Below are positions 1 to 9,800 of a DNA stretch of 42,185 nt, piece after piece. This stretch comes from a virus. The notes beneath the pieces were generated by a model. It made no database searches. It was not told the DNA's origin and saw nothing but the letters and a program-made list of their open reading frames with translations. Every line of letters begins with the position of its first letter. Positions within the stretch are counted from its first letter, which is position 1. A program made the position numbers and the translations under genes. Where the stretch lies: the IMG/VR virus record IMGVR_UViG_3300043139_000001, positions 1 to 42,185 of that record; one strand, 5' to 3'.

Positions 1-127
1 CTCGGCCTCCTACACCTACATCGCCGACCAGGAAAACACCCTCAAGCGCTACGACGGCACCGACTTCGCGAGCCCGACGTGCAACGTCGGCGAAGCGAAA
101 GGCGTGGCGATGCCGAAGGGCCGCTTC
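1..127. repeat. Terminal exact direct repeat, copy 1 (identical to 42059-42185)
   Basis: Compared base by base: ctcggcctcctacacctacatcg...gatgccgaagggccgcttc occurs at both window ends and lies inside an open reading frame. Confidence 0.95.
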
Positions 128-1189
128 TTGGCCGTGTGGCCCGATGGCGGCAACCGCTTGGTTGTCGCCGGCACCACGGCCGCAGGAGGCCCCAACGGGG
201 CGATCTCGAGCGGCTCCCACGTGTGGTTCTCCATGCCCGGCAACGGCGAGGAATACGAAGGCACGGCCTACGTGCAGCTCAACCCCGGCGATGGTGAGGA
301 GATCACCGGCTGCGTCGCCTTCGGCGGCATGATCTTCGTCTTCAAGGAGACGCGCTGCTTCATCTTCTACGGCGTCTCGGCCGACAACGACGGCAAACCC
401 GTCTTCAACTTTCGCTCGGTCGAGCTCGGGACGCGGATGCGGGCGCCCGGCGTCAAGCGGGCCGAGAGCGTGGTCGCCGGCAACGACTCGGTCTACTTCG
501 TCGCCGATCACGGCGTGTACGCGACGACCGGCGGTGAACCCTCCCTGCTCTCCGACGACCTGGCGCCGCTGGCCGAGAGTGCGCCGCTCCTCGGCCCGAT
601 CCTCACCACCCTGGGGGAACGGCGCTGGGTGAACGCCGCCGGCATCGCCTACCTGGGGGAGGCCCTCTACGTCGGGCTCGAATCAGGCGGCATCGTCGAT
701 CGAGTGATGAAATTCGACCTGCGCTCGCAGAGCTGGACGATCTTCACGGCAGCGCTCAACTGCCTTGTCGCCTGGAACGAACAGACGAACAACCGGGCGC
801 GGGTCTTCTTCTCGGGGACCGGCGCCGGCAACCGGCGCGTCTACTTCTACACCCCGGCCGTCGACACCGACGCCTCGGCCGCGGATCTCGACTGTCGCTG
901 GCAGTCGGGGTTCTACGAACTCGAAGACGCCGACGAAAAGACCTTCGTGGGCTCGAAGCTGTGGGGGACCGGGGAAGTCACGGTGAAGGTGGCCGAGGAC
1001 TACAAAGCCCTCGGCGCCGGCACCAAATACAAACTCGGCGTCGCCCCGGCGGTCGGCCAGGCCCAGAAGCAGAAGGGGCAGACCGCGACGCTCTTCTCCC
1101 ACCAATTCTCCGGTGCCGCGCCGTGGTCGGTGCAGCGCATGGACCGCTACCTTCGCGAGACGCGGGTGACGGAGACTCAGAAGCCCTAA
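1..1189 (+). CDS. Virion structural protein, tail hub/nozzle candidate. C-terminal part of the gene that starts at 41724 (about 507 aa once joined through the junction).
   Basis: The frame of the 104..1189 ORF is open back to the window start (codon phase from nt 2). It is in phase with GTG 41724 when 1-127 is overlaid on 42059-42185. It follows the adaptor-like gene. Function is by synteny only. Confidence 0.7.
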   Translation, partial: SASYTYIADQENTLKRYDGTDFASPTCNVGEAKGVAMPKGRFLAVWPDGGNRLVVAGTTAAGGPNGAISSGSHVWFSMPGNGEEYEGTAYVQLNPGDGEEITGCVAFGGMIFVFKETRCFIFYGVSADNDGKPVFNFRSVELGTRMRAPGVKRAESVVAGNDSVYFVADHGVYATTGGEPSLLSDDLAPLAESAPLLGPILTTLGERRWVNAAGIAYLGEALYVGLESGGIVDRVMKFDLRSQSWTIFTAALNCLVAWNEQTNNRARVFFSGTGAGNRRVYFYTPAVDTDASAADLDCRWQSGFYELEDADEKTFVGSKLWGTGEVTVKVAEDYKALGAGTKYKLGVAPAVGQAQKQKGQTATLFSHQFSGAAPWSVQRMDRYLRETRVTETQKP

Positions 1190-1199
1190 GGAGGAACGG

Positions 1200-1679
1200 A
1201 TGATCTTCTACCTGCTCGCGATGCTCGCCGCCGTCTCGGCCAAGTGGTACGGCCAGGCGATCAAGGGCCAATTCAGCGGCACCGCTTCGCGGCGGGTCGA
1301 TTGGGTGAACGACACGATCAAGGTGGCGCTCGTTAAATCGGCCTACACCCCCAACCAGGACGAACACGACTTCTGGAACGACGTCAGCGCCAACGAGATC
1401 ACGGGGACCGGCTACACCGCGGGCGGCAAAGCGCTCTCCGAAAAGACCCTCACCTACGACGCTGCCTCCAACACCGTCCGCATGGATGCGAAAGACGTGG
1501 AATGGGCTGAATCGACTCTCACCGCTCGCTACGCGGTGATCTACAAGGTCGAAGGGTCGAGCGCTGAATCGCCAGTTCTCGGCTATGTCGACTTCGGCGA
1601 AGACAAGAGCACTTCCTCGGGCATCTTCAAGATCGAATGGGACGCGACTGACGGCGTGCTGCGCGACATCGTCAGCTAG
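1200..1679 (+). CDS. Virion-associated protein of unknown function
   Basis: ATG start with AAGGAGG at 1188-1194. N-terminal hydrophobic stretch followed by a beta-rich body. Lies in the tail module. No family recognised. Confidence 0.7.
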   Translation: MIFYLLAMLAAVSAKWYGQAIKGQFSGTASRRVDWVNDTIKVALVKSAYTPNQDEHDFWNDVSANEITGTGYTAGGKALSEKTLTYDAASNTVRMDAKDVEWAESTLTARYAVIYKVEGSSAESPVLGYVDFGEDKSTSSGIFKIEWDATDGVLRDIVS

Positions 1680-1688
1680 GGGACCCGC

Positions 1689-2588
1689 GTGACCTACCTC
1701 GAAGCCATCTTGGCGACGGCGGGGATTCAGGCGGTTTGGCCGCTCAACGAGGCGACCGGCAATGCGGTCGACGCGAAGAACGCCAACAACGGGGAACCGG
1801 AAGGCACGCTCACTCGCGCCCAGGCGAGCATCCTGCCGAACGGCGAGGGTGCTTCGTGCAACTTCGGCGGCGGCGGGTTCAAAGTCCCCAAATCCGCCAC
1901 GGTGGACATCGGCGAGGCGGTGACGATCGAGGCTTGGGTCAAGCCCTCTTCTGTGGCGACCTTCAAGCAGATCCTCGACCTCAACACCAACAGCGCCGCG
2001 ATGTCGTTGAACGAAGGCAAAGTGGAAATGGGGAAGTCGGGGGTGGCGACCCTCTTCTTCGGGACTCCCGCGATCGCCGTCAACACCGCTCACCACGTAG
2101 TGGTCGTCAAGAACGGCGCCACGCGGAAAGTGTATGTAGACGGAAAACTCCTCGAAGTCACGGTCAAAAACGAAGCCGCCGTCGCCGCGAACGAACTTGC
2201 CAAGTTCATCGGCAAGACCGCGGCCGGGGGTTCGGCGTTCGCCGGCAACATCCAATACCTCGCCCTCTACAACGTCGCCCTCGAAGCGGCGAAGATCGAA
2301 GAACACTTCAAAATCGGTGCGGCCTCGAATGCCACGATCGTCGCTCCTCCTGCCTCGGCAACCGCCTCCGCTCCGACGCCCCTGATCCCGCTGATCGTTG
2401 CTCCGAAAGCCGCGAGCGCGACCGCCTCCGCTCCGACTCCCAGCGTCGGCGTCGGCCCCGCTCCCTCCCGCACCGACAACAAGCGGGGCCTGCCGCTGCC
2501 TTTCCCGAGCATCCTGGCGAACCCGGCGAGGCTTGGGCCTCCCCGCTTCACCGCCACTGAGCGCAAGACCCTGAGGATCGGACGCTGA
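1689..2588 (+). CDS. LamG / concanavalin-A-like (Laminin_G_3-type) domain protein, probable tail fibre or receptor-binding protein
   Basis: GTG start. Jelly-roll pattern ..EAWVKPS..HHVVVVKNG..KVYVDGKL..FAGNIQYLALYNVAL... The Ala/Pro/Ser C-terminal linker carries a 17-nt repeat spaced 60 nt apart (2361-2377 and 2421-2437). Confidence 0.7.
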   Translation: MTYLEAILATAGIQAVWPLNEATGNAVDAKNANNGEPEGTLTRAQASILPNGEGASCNFGGGGFKVPKSATVDIGEAVTIEAWVKPSSVATFKQILDLNTNSAAMSLNEGKVEMGKSGVATLFFGTPAIAVNTAHHVVVVKNGATRKVYVDGKLLEVTVKNEAAVAANELAKFIGKTAAGGSAFAGNIQYLALYNVALEAAKIEEHFKIGAASNATIVAPPASATASAPTPLIPLIVAPKAASATASAPTPSVGVGPAPSRTDNKRGLPLPFPSILANPARLGPPRFTATERKTLRIGR

Positions 2589-2962
2589 TGCCCGAAGAAG
2601 ACCTCATAGCCGGCCTCGACGAAGAAGGGCTCCGACGCCTCCTCGGCGAGCTTCTCGCGGCCAACCGCGGCACTCAAGCCAACTTCGACGAGATCCGCCA
2701 GCAGTTCCCGATCCAGCCAAGCAACGCCGCCGACTCGATCCCAACCTGGGAAGAACTCGAAGAAGGCGGCCTCGAACCCCCCAGCGGGGAAGAACCCGAA
2801 TCCTTCCCCGAACAGCTCGGGCTCGAAGAAGCGATGGGGGTGATCGTCCACGGCAAAGAAGCCAAAACGCCGCGGGGTGAAAACTTCCCGGTCTACACCT
2901 GGATCGGCTCGGTCGAACCGAAAAACATGCTCGAATTCGACATCTGGATTGACACGTCGTGA
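2588..2962 (+). CDS. Small very acidic protein between the fibre genes (possible fibre assembly factor)
   Basis: ATG overlaps the upstream stop (TGATG). 124 aa with runs of E/D. Function is inferred from position only. Confidence 0.6.
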   Translation: MPEEDLIAGLDEEGLRRLLGELLAANRGTQANFDEIRQQFPIQPSNAADSIPTWEELEEGGLEPPSGEEPESFPEQLGLEEAMGVIVHGKEAKTPRGENFPVYTWIGSVEPKNMLEFDIWIDTS

Positions 2963-4311
2963 GCTACCTCTCCGAACTCCTGGCGGTCAAAGGGATCGTC
3001 AGCGTGTGGGAGCTGGGCGAGGCGGCGGGCAACGCGATCGACCTGGCCGACTCCAACGACGGCAGCTACCACCTGACGCCTCGAGCAGGGCTCTACGAAG
3101 AAACGTCCCGCGGCGAACCCTCGTTGCTCCCCAACGGGGAGGGGAAGTCGGCCAAGTTCTCGGGCGCCTCTACGAGCGTGATCGGGTCGTTCAGTTGCCC
3201 GCCGGTCAACGACGTCTTCACCTTCGAGGCGTGGATCAAGCTCTCCAAACTGGGCTCCGGTCACAACGGGATCATCAGCCGGGGGACCAAAGGCGGCTAT
3301 CTCCGCGTCGCAGAAGACGGCAAGCTCGAACTCCTAAAGGGCCAGATCGCCGGCATCCTCGCTTCTGCCGTCAAACTCTCCGTGGGGACGATCTACCACG
3401 TCGCGGCGACGAAGAACGGCAGCCAGGTCAGGCTCTTCCTCAACGGCGAAGTGATCGCCGAAGCCTCCACCGAAGTTGTCTGTGAAGCCGGTAACGAGGG
3501 TGCCCTCGGCCTCGCTCGAGATGTCTGGGCCTTCGGCGTCTCCGAGCCCTTCCACGGCACCTTGCAGTTCTGCTCCCAGCACCACGCCGCATTGACGCCC
3601 GCCGAGATCAAAGAAAACTACGAAGCGGCATCGGCGTCGGGGTATGTGGACGCGATCCTCAGTCGCCTCTCGCTGCTCACCTTGCACGAACTCGGGGAGA
3701 CGGAAGGCACCAAAGCCAACGATTCGATGGGCCGCCACCACCCGAGCCTGCTCTCGAGCGGAGAGGGGCGCTCTGTCGCTCTCGCCGAAGACGACTACAT
3801 AGAAGTCCCCGACGCGGCCAATCTCGACGTCGCCGACAACTTCTCGTTGCAAGCGGTAGTGGTGCGCTCCTACCCAGGGAAAACCGGGGGCATCATCAGC
3901 CGGGGGAAAAACGGCGCCTACCTGCGGCTGAGCGAAGGCGGCAAACTCGAACTGCTCAAGTCGAACGTCGCGGTGATCCTCACTTCGGCCACCGCTCTCG
4001 AATTCAACCGCGTCTACAAGGTGACGGCGACGAAGAACGGGAAAGTGGCGAAGATCTACATCGACGGGGTCTTGGATGCCGTCACCGAAGTCTCCGGCGT
4101 CACTTGCGAAGCCAACGCCGAGCTCTTGACGATTGGCGCGGACAACTCCGGCGGCGTGAAAGCCGAGCAGGCGAACGCGATCATCCAGTACGCGGCGATC
4201 TACAACTTGGCGATCGTCCCCGGCCTTATAACTGTGAAAATCATGCTTGGCGGCAAAGTGCAAGACAAGCCGCGCTACGTCTTAGTCAACGGTGAACTAC
4301 TCAACAGGTAG
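2959..4311 (+). CDS. Protein with two tandem LamG-like domains, probable tail fibre or receptor-binding protein
   Basis: GTGA overlap with the upstream stop. Two modules: ..FEAWIKLS..YHVAATKNG..RLFLNGEV.. and ..LQAVVVRS..YKVTATKNG..KIYIDGVL..IQYAAIYNLAI. The N-terminus YLSELLAVKGIVSVWELGEAAGNAID parallels the N-terminus of the 1689 gene. Confidence 0.7.
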   Translation: MSYLSELLAVKGIVSVWELGEAAGNAIDLADSNDGSYHLTPRAGLYEETSRGEPSLLPNGEGKSAKFSGASTSVIGSFSCPPVNDVFTFEAWIKLSKLGSGHNGIISRGTKGGYLRVAEDGKLELLKGQIAGILASAVKLSVGTIYHVAATKNGSQVRLFLNGEVIAEASTEVVCEAGNEGALGLARDVWAFGVSEPFHGTLQFCSQHHAALTPAEIKENYEAASASGYVDAILSRLSLLTLHELGETEGTKANDSMGRHHPSLLSSGEGRSVALAEDDYIEVPDAANLDVADNFSLQAVVVRSYPGKTGGIISRGKNGAYLRLSEGGKLELLKSNVAVILTSATALEFNRVYKVTATKNGKVAKIYIDGVLDAVTEVSGVTCEANAELLTIGADNSGGVKAEQANAIIQYAAIYNLAIVPGLITVKIMLGGKVQDKPRYVLVNGELLNR

Positions 4312-4326
4312 GAAAGGAAACGAAGA

Positions 4327-4956
4327 ATGGCAACTGCACTTGGTAACACTCGCCCTCGCGGGGGCGGACGAGGTCGCGTAGAACGGCTGCCGGGTGGCAA
4401 CTTGCCACGTAGCGGCCCGATGCCGAAACCGAGGGGCCAGAATCAGGGTGCTCCTCCCGCGGCTCCCGGCGGGCGCGTGAACCCGCCCGGCGTCGGGATG
4501 ATGAACCCTCCTGGCCAGGGTCCGGCCGGCGGTCGACCGCAGCGCGGGGTCGGTGCCAACGGCAACGGCCAGGGCGCGACCAACGGCAAAGGCGTCGGTG
4601 TCGGCGGCCAGGCGATGCCGGGTCCGGGTGGGCGCCAGCTCCAAGCCAAGGTCGAGTCGGGCGCGATCACCCAGCAGCAGGCGCAGAAGACGATGCAGCA
4701 GCGACAGACGCTCGCCAAAGCCCTCGGGCCGAACTGGCGGGACAAGCTGCAAGTCGGCGGGCAGTCCTTCGCCCAGGTCAACAAGCAGCTCAAGGCCAAC
4801 CCCGGCAACGCGAAACTGGCGGCGATCCGCAAGAAACTCGTCGCCAACCGCGCACAGGTGCTCGCGGGCGCTCGCTCGAAGCTGAAAGGCGGGGGCGAAG
4901 GCGGGGAAGAAGAAGGCAAGAAGGGTCGCAAGCCGGCCGGGGCAGGGGCCGAATAG
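4327..4956 (+). CDS. Basic Gly/Pro/Gln-rich low-complexity protein with a GRGRV motif (internal virion protein candidate)
   Basis: ATG preceded by GGAAAGGAAA. N-terminus RPRGGGRGRVERLPGG. Function is guessed from composition and position upstream of the giant gene. Confidence 0.6.
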   Translation: MATALGNTRPRGGGRGRVERLPGGNLPRSGPMPKPRGQNQGAPPAAPGGRVNPPGVGMMNPPGQGPAGGRPQRGVGANGNGQGATNGKGVGVGGQAMPGPGGRQLQAKVESGAITQQQAQKTMQQRQTLAKALGPNWRDKLQVGGQSFAQVNKQLKANPGNAKLAAIRKKLVANRAQVLAGARSKLKGGGEGGEEEGKKGRKPAGAGAE

Positions 4957-5694
4957 ATGGCGCGCGGTCGCAACTACACCGCCAACGCTGCACGGAGGCT
5001 CGCCAACGCGCGGGCTCGTCAGCGTGGTCGCGGCCGCGTCGCTGTCGGCGGTCGTGCTGGCGCTGGCCGGGGCAAAGGCGGGGGGCTCGGGCCTCCGGCG
5101 CCGATGCCCTGGGACAGCAAGGCGCAGCGGGAATCGGGTGAACTCGGCAACGAAGCTGCCGACACCCGCGCCTCGCTGGCGGCGAAGTACGCGGCCGCGC
5201 AGAGCGAACTCGGCTTCGGCTCGGGGGCGGGCAACCCCTACAGCCGCTCGGCCGAAAACAAGACCAACCTCGACAACAACCAGCGGGGGATCACCAACAC
5301 CGCCGGCAACCAGCTCTACGCGGGCTCGACGCTCAACAAGCAGTCGGGCGCCCGGAGCGAATACGACAAAAATCAGAAAGCGCTCGAGGACAGCTATGCC
5401 GCGGCGCAGGCGGCCTACACCCGCGGGGTGTCGCAGACGGCCAGGGACGAATCCCTCGGCCAGAACGCGATCCGCGAAGGGGCGATCAACCGCGCTGCGG
5501 CCTCAGAACCGGAACCGCTCGCCGTTGGCAGCGGTCGCCGGAAAGGCGCCGTGCGCGGTCGCGGGCGAGTGCCGGGCGGTCCCGGCCGAGACGGTCGCAA
5601 CGTCCGTCGCCCCGGTCAGGCTCGCACCATGAACGCCCAGGCTCGAGCGATCAATGCCCGCGTCAACGCGCGCACCGGAAGGGGGAGGGTCTAG
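4957..5694 (+). CDS. Arg/Gly-rich protein with three GRGRV motifs (internal virion protein candidate)
   Basis: ATG immediately follows the upstream TAG. Starts MARGRNY. Contains QRGRGRVAVGG and VRGRGRVPGGPG, and ends TGRGRV. Confidence 0.6.
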   Translation: MARGRNYTANAARRLANARARQRGRGRVAVGGRAGAGRGKGGGLGPPAPMPWDSKAQRESGELGNEAADTRASLAAKYAAAQSELGFGSGAGNPYSRSAENKTNLDNNQRGITNTAGNQLYAGSTLNKQSGARSEYDKNQKALEDSYAAAQAAYTRGVSQTARDESLGQNAIREGAINRAAASEPEPLAVGSGRRKGAVRGRGRVPGGPGRDGRNVRRPGQARTMNAQARAINARVNARTGRGRV

Positions 5695-6894
5695 ATGGCT
5701 CGAGGACGAGGTCGAGGTCGGATCGGTGCCGGGTCACACGTCGGCGGTGGCGGTGGACGAGGCCGTGGTCGCGGCAGGGGCGGTAACAGCGTCAGGCAGT
5801 TCCTCGCCCCCCACACTGGCCGCCAGGCGGGCGGTGTCGCCAACGCCGAGGCAGGGACCGAATACAACCCCGGCATCCGCGAAACGCGGGAGCAGGTAAA
5901 GGGGAGCCGCAAGCGCGAAGCCGATCTCGGCTCGTGGTACGCGCAGCTCGCCTCCGACTACCAGGGCGCCCAGGATCAGGGCGCCGCGGCGTTGAAATCG
6001 GTCGAGGACACCACCACGGCGCAGCTCAACGAAGCCGGCGCCCGCAGCTCGGCCGATCAGGCTGCCCTCGGCGCTTCCGACGAAGCCTTCGCCAAACTCG
6101 TCGGCGGCCCCAAGGACACCGCGGGGCTCGCCAAGATCGCCCAGGCCGGCCAGGCAGCGGCGGCCGCTCGGGTCGATCAGGCGAAGCTCCCGATCTCCGA
6201 GCAAGCCAACTTCGTCGCCCGCACCGGCTCCGACAAGGCAGCGGCCCGGTTGCAAGGGATCGAGGAACGGCGCTCCGAGCAGCGGCGTCGCGACAAACTC
6301 AAGGCTGACCTCGCCGCCCAGCGCAAGGAAAAGGGCCAGGCCCGCGTCTCCAACAAGGAGAAGATCCGCGAAGCCGACCGCAGCTACTCGACCGATCAGA
6401 AACAGCTCCGGCTCCAAAAGCGCGAAGCCGCTTCGGCCGAACGGTCGGCAGCGGCCGAGGCTGCCCTCGCTCAGATCAAGGCTGCTCAGGAAGCGCGGCA
6501 GGACGCGATCGGCAACCGCCAGGCCCAGGAACGGATCGGGATCTCCCGCCGCAACGCGAGGACGTCGGCCCGCTCTCAGCGCGCCACCGCCAAGCACTAC
6601 AAGCAGAGCGGCAAGGATGGCGGCCTCTCGCCCGGCGAGAAGAACACCAACCGCAAGGAACGGCAGAACGCCGCGGCGCTCGTCCACAGCGCCGTCACGC
6701 AGGCCGGCCCGCCGAAGTCGAAGGCCGAGGCAGCCGAACTCGAACGGCTCGCCGTCGAAGCCGGTGGTGCCCCCCGCGAGGTTCATCGCGCCGTGCAGAA
6801 GCTCCTCAACCGGGCGAAGGCCGGTAGGCGCCGCGGCTACAACTCGCGGGTCAAGCGAGGCGAAGTCGCCGGACCCCCTGCACCTGGGAGGTAG
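5695..6894 (+). CDS. RGG-box N-terminus plus long coiled-coil-like protein (internal virion protein candidate)
   Basis: ATG immediately follows the upstream TAG. Starts MARGRGRGRIGAG..GGGGRGRGRGRGG. The body is A/E/K/Q/R-rich. The C-terminus is ..KRGEVAGPPAPGR. Confidence 0.65.
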   Translation: MARGRGRGRIGAGSHVGGGGGRGRGRGRGGNSVRQFLAPHTGRQAGGVANAEAGTEYNPGIRETREQVKGSRKREADLGSWYAQLASDYQGAQDQGAAALKSVEDTTTAQLNEAGARSSADQAALGASDEAFAKLVGGPKDTAGLAKIAQAGQAAAAARVDQAKLPISEQANFVARTGSDKAAARLQGIEERRSEQRRRDKLKADLAAQRKEKGQARVSNKEKIREADRSYSTDQKQLRLQKREAASAERSAAAEAALAQIKAAQEARQDAIGNRQAQERIGISRRNARTSARSQRATAKHYKQSGKDGGLSPGEKNTNRKERQNAAALVHSAVTQAGPPKSKAEAAELERLAVEAGGAPREVHRAVQKLLNRAKAGRRRGYNSRVKRGEVAGPPAPGR

Positions 6895-6899
6895 CCCCG

Positions 6900-9800
6900 T
6901 TGGCCGGCGCCTATGAGCGGCGGATTCGTCGAGGAGAAGTCGACGGTCCCCCGGCTCCGACCAAACCGAAGAAGAAGCGCGGCCGCGGTCGCGTGTCGCC
7001 GACCGGCCCCTACCGGGCTGAGTCGGGCAACAAGAAGATCCGCTCGAAGGCGAGCTCGGCCGAACGCCGCAAGTTCTCCCACGGATCGACCCCCACCGCC
7101 AAACGAGCTCGCAAGCTCGAGCGGAAGGACAGCCGCGACGCGGCACAGGCGAGGAAAGAGGCTGCCGCCGCAGCCAAGAAGGTGCGGCTGGCGAATGCGT
7201 CTCGCCCAATTCAGACGCTCCGCAAGGCCGAAGAGAAGCTCAAGCGGAGCGAGGACCCGAAACTCCGCGAGGCCACGCGGAGGCTTCGCCATGCCCTCGC
7301 CTCGCAGGCCCTCGCCAAAGCCCGAGAGGCGACGCCGGAAGGATCGCCGAAGCGGGAGAACTACCCCGAGAAGGCGCTCAAAGACGTCGCCCCGCGGGCC
7401 TACAAGAAATCGCGCCGGGTTGCCGGAGGCCCTCACCGCAGCTCCGAGGGGCTCGGCGAACCCGAAGACCTGACCACGGCGATCACCCTGGCCGCGCCGG
7501 GAGGCGGGCTGGCCGGCCGCGCTGTCGCCAAGGGCCTCGAGGCGGGTGGTGAGCGGCTCGCCGCGACGCTCGGCAAGAAGGCCGCCTCGAAGGTTGCCTC
7601 CGAGGCCGAGCAGACCGCCGCCGAGGCCGGGGCCAAGGTCGCCGCCAAGCGCATCCGCGTGAAGGCGGGCAGTCACGTCCGGGCTCGAGCCGAGCGGGTG
7701 AAGACGTCGCCCTCGAGGGCAGCTCGTCGTGTGCGGGAGACGCCGCGGCGGGTCCGCGAGGCACCGCGGCGAGCTCGTCGTGCCGCTGCCACCAAGGAGG
7801 GGCGCCGCGCGGCCGCGAAGAGGGCGGCTCGATCGAGTGCGCGTCACCCGATCCGCTCCGGTGCCGGCGCCCTGGCGGTGCTGCCGGTCAAACCCGAAGG
7901 CGGGGGGGTCCTGCCGGGCGATCCGCTCAACCGCCTGTCGGCCTTCGGCAAGGGCGAGCTCGCGGCCGCACTCGGCCACCCCGGCAAGTACGCGGAGACG
8001 ACCGCTCACGCCGGGCTCGGCGCGCTGGCCTACCCGCTCGTCCTCGGCGGTGCCGGCGTCGAGTCGATCAAGAAGGGCTCGCCCGACCCGCTGATCGAGC
8101 AGGGCAAGCTCGCCGTCGAGGGGACGAAGAAAATGGTCGGGGATCTCGCCTCCGGCGATCCTCGCCGCGTCGAGCGCTCGGCCTTGCAGGAAACCGGCGC
8201 TGTGCCCTTCATCCCCGTCCCTGCGGCCCTGCGGCGGCTCAAGGGCACCAAGGCTTACGAGGACGCACGTGCGGCCGCCAGGGCGGCTGTCGAGGGCAAG
8301 CGGGCTCCGAAGCGCGAGGCGGCGATCGCAGCCGACAGGGCGGCGCAGGAGGCCGGGGACTACCGCTCCCGGCGATCGCAGCGCAAGATCAAACGCTCCC
8401 ACCCGGTGCCCGACACGTCGCGGCCCGGCGAGAACTACATCAACCGGCGCGTCGGCCGGATACTCGAGAAAGGCCGCTCGAGGCACCGCGTCGCCCGCGA
8501 GTTCGCCCGGATCAAACACGAGGAAAACCAGGCCCGCAAGGCGGTCGAAGAGGTCGCCAAGCCGCTGCGTAAATCGAAGGCGACGACGCAGAAGGACGTC
8601 GCCGACGTCGGCACCGCGCTCCGCATTGTCGGCCGCTACGGGCTGCCCCACAACGAGGCGAAGGGGATGGCCTTCGTCGAGCGCCTGCACCGCGGCTGGG
8701 AAAAAGGCGAGGCGGGGAAGTCCCCCGGCGGCGTCGCCCTCGATCGCCACGCGACCGCCTACATCATCAGCCACCCGGAGGTCTTCCGTAACCCGAAGTT
8801 CTGGGAGGCGGTCGGCCGGCTCGACAAGCTGCAAAAGGAGGTCGCGACGTCGCCGCGGCATCAGTTCATGGCGCAGCTCGATCAGCTCGTCAACCCGATC
8901 CGCGAGGAGGCCGGCAAGCACCGGCTGCTCAAACCCGAGGAGATGGTCACGCCCGAGGCGTTGAAGCTGCTCCCGAAGAAGGACACCGGGGGCCTGCTTC
9001 CCTCCCAGGCGAAAGAGCTCAAAGCGGTCAAGGAGCTCGAACGGCGCGGCCTCGTCGCTCCGGGGACGGCGCCGAAGGGCGGCCACCTGGCCGTCGCCGA
9101 GCGCCCGAAGCCGGTGGGCGAATGGTCCCGGTCGGAGGCATACGACTACCTCAAGCAGCTCAAGAAGAGCCGCGACGGCAAAGACCAGGCCCGCGCCGCG
9201 GCGTTGCAGAACGCGCTCGAAGACGCTGGCGGCGGTCGACGTCTGATGGCCCCGCCCGAGCATGGCGGCGCCGAGGGCGGCGTCTCGACGACCAGGGCGG
9301 TGCCGTGGACGTCGGAGATGCTGCAACGGCACCTGAAACAGATCAAGCCCGAGCTCAAGCGGCTGGGCCTGCGCGAGCCGACGCCCTACCTCGCCGACGT
9401 CCTGCCCTCGAAGATGCCCGGCGCCGAGCCCGGCTACGGGACCGGGCTGCCTCGAGCGGTCCATGCCTCGCAGGGCCTCGCGGCCAAATCGGGCAACGCG
9501 GTCGCCGACTTCGATCAGATGCTCCACCACTCTGCGGTGCTTCCGCGCCGGCGAGCGGCGATGGTGACGGGGCTCAACCGGATCTTCGACCACTTCTCCC
9601 GCAAAGTCGGCGGGCACCGCTACCTGACCCGCAGCCAGGTCGAGAAGGCGATCAACAATCACGAGTGGCCGCCGGGGACGGTGCCGGTGCGGACGCAGAT
9701 GCTCCGCTCCCTGCTCGAGGGCGACACCCCCGCGGCCGAGAGCGAGTTCAAGCAGGCCCTCGCAGCCGAGCTCGAGCACGGCCAGGCGTTGATCGGCGGC

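Noticed and set aside
1-127. Biological direct terminal repeat (T7-like DTR)
   Set aside because: The repeat lies in the middle of a coding frame that continues across the junction, and its length equals a common assembler k-mer. A circularisation artefact is more likely.
1689-4311. Diversity-generating retroelement targeting the LamG fibre genes
   Set aside because: No reverse transcriptase gene exists anywhere in the window. There is also no template/variable repeat pair with adenine-specific differences.
6885-6905. Read-through or frameshift fusing the 5695 gene to the giant gene
   Set aside because: The duplicated RGEVxGPPAP peptide prompted the idea. However, the frames differ, there is no slippery heptamer, and a good GGGAGG-N10-TTG start exists for the downstream gene.
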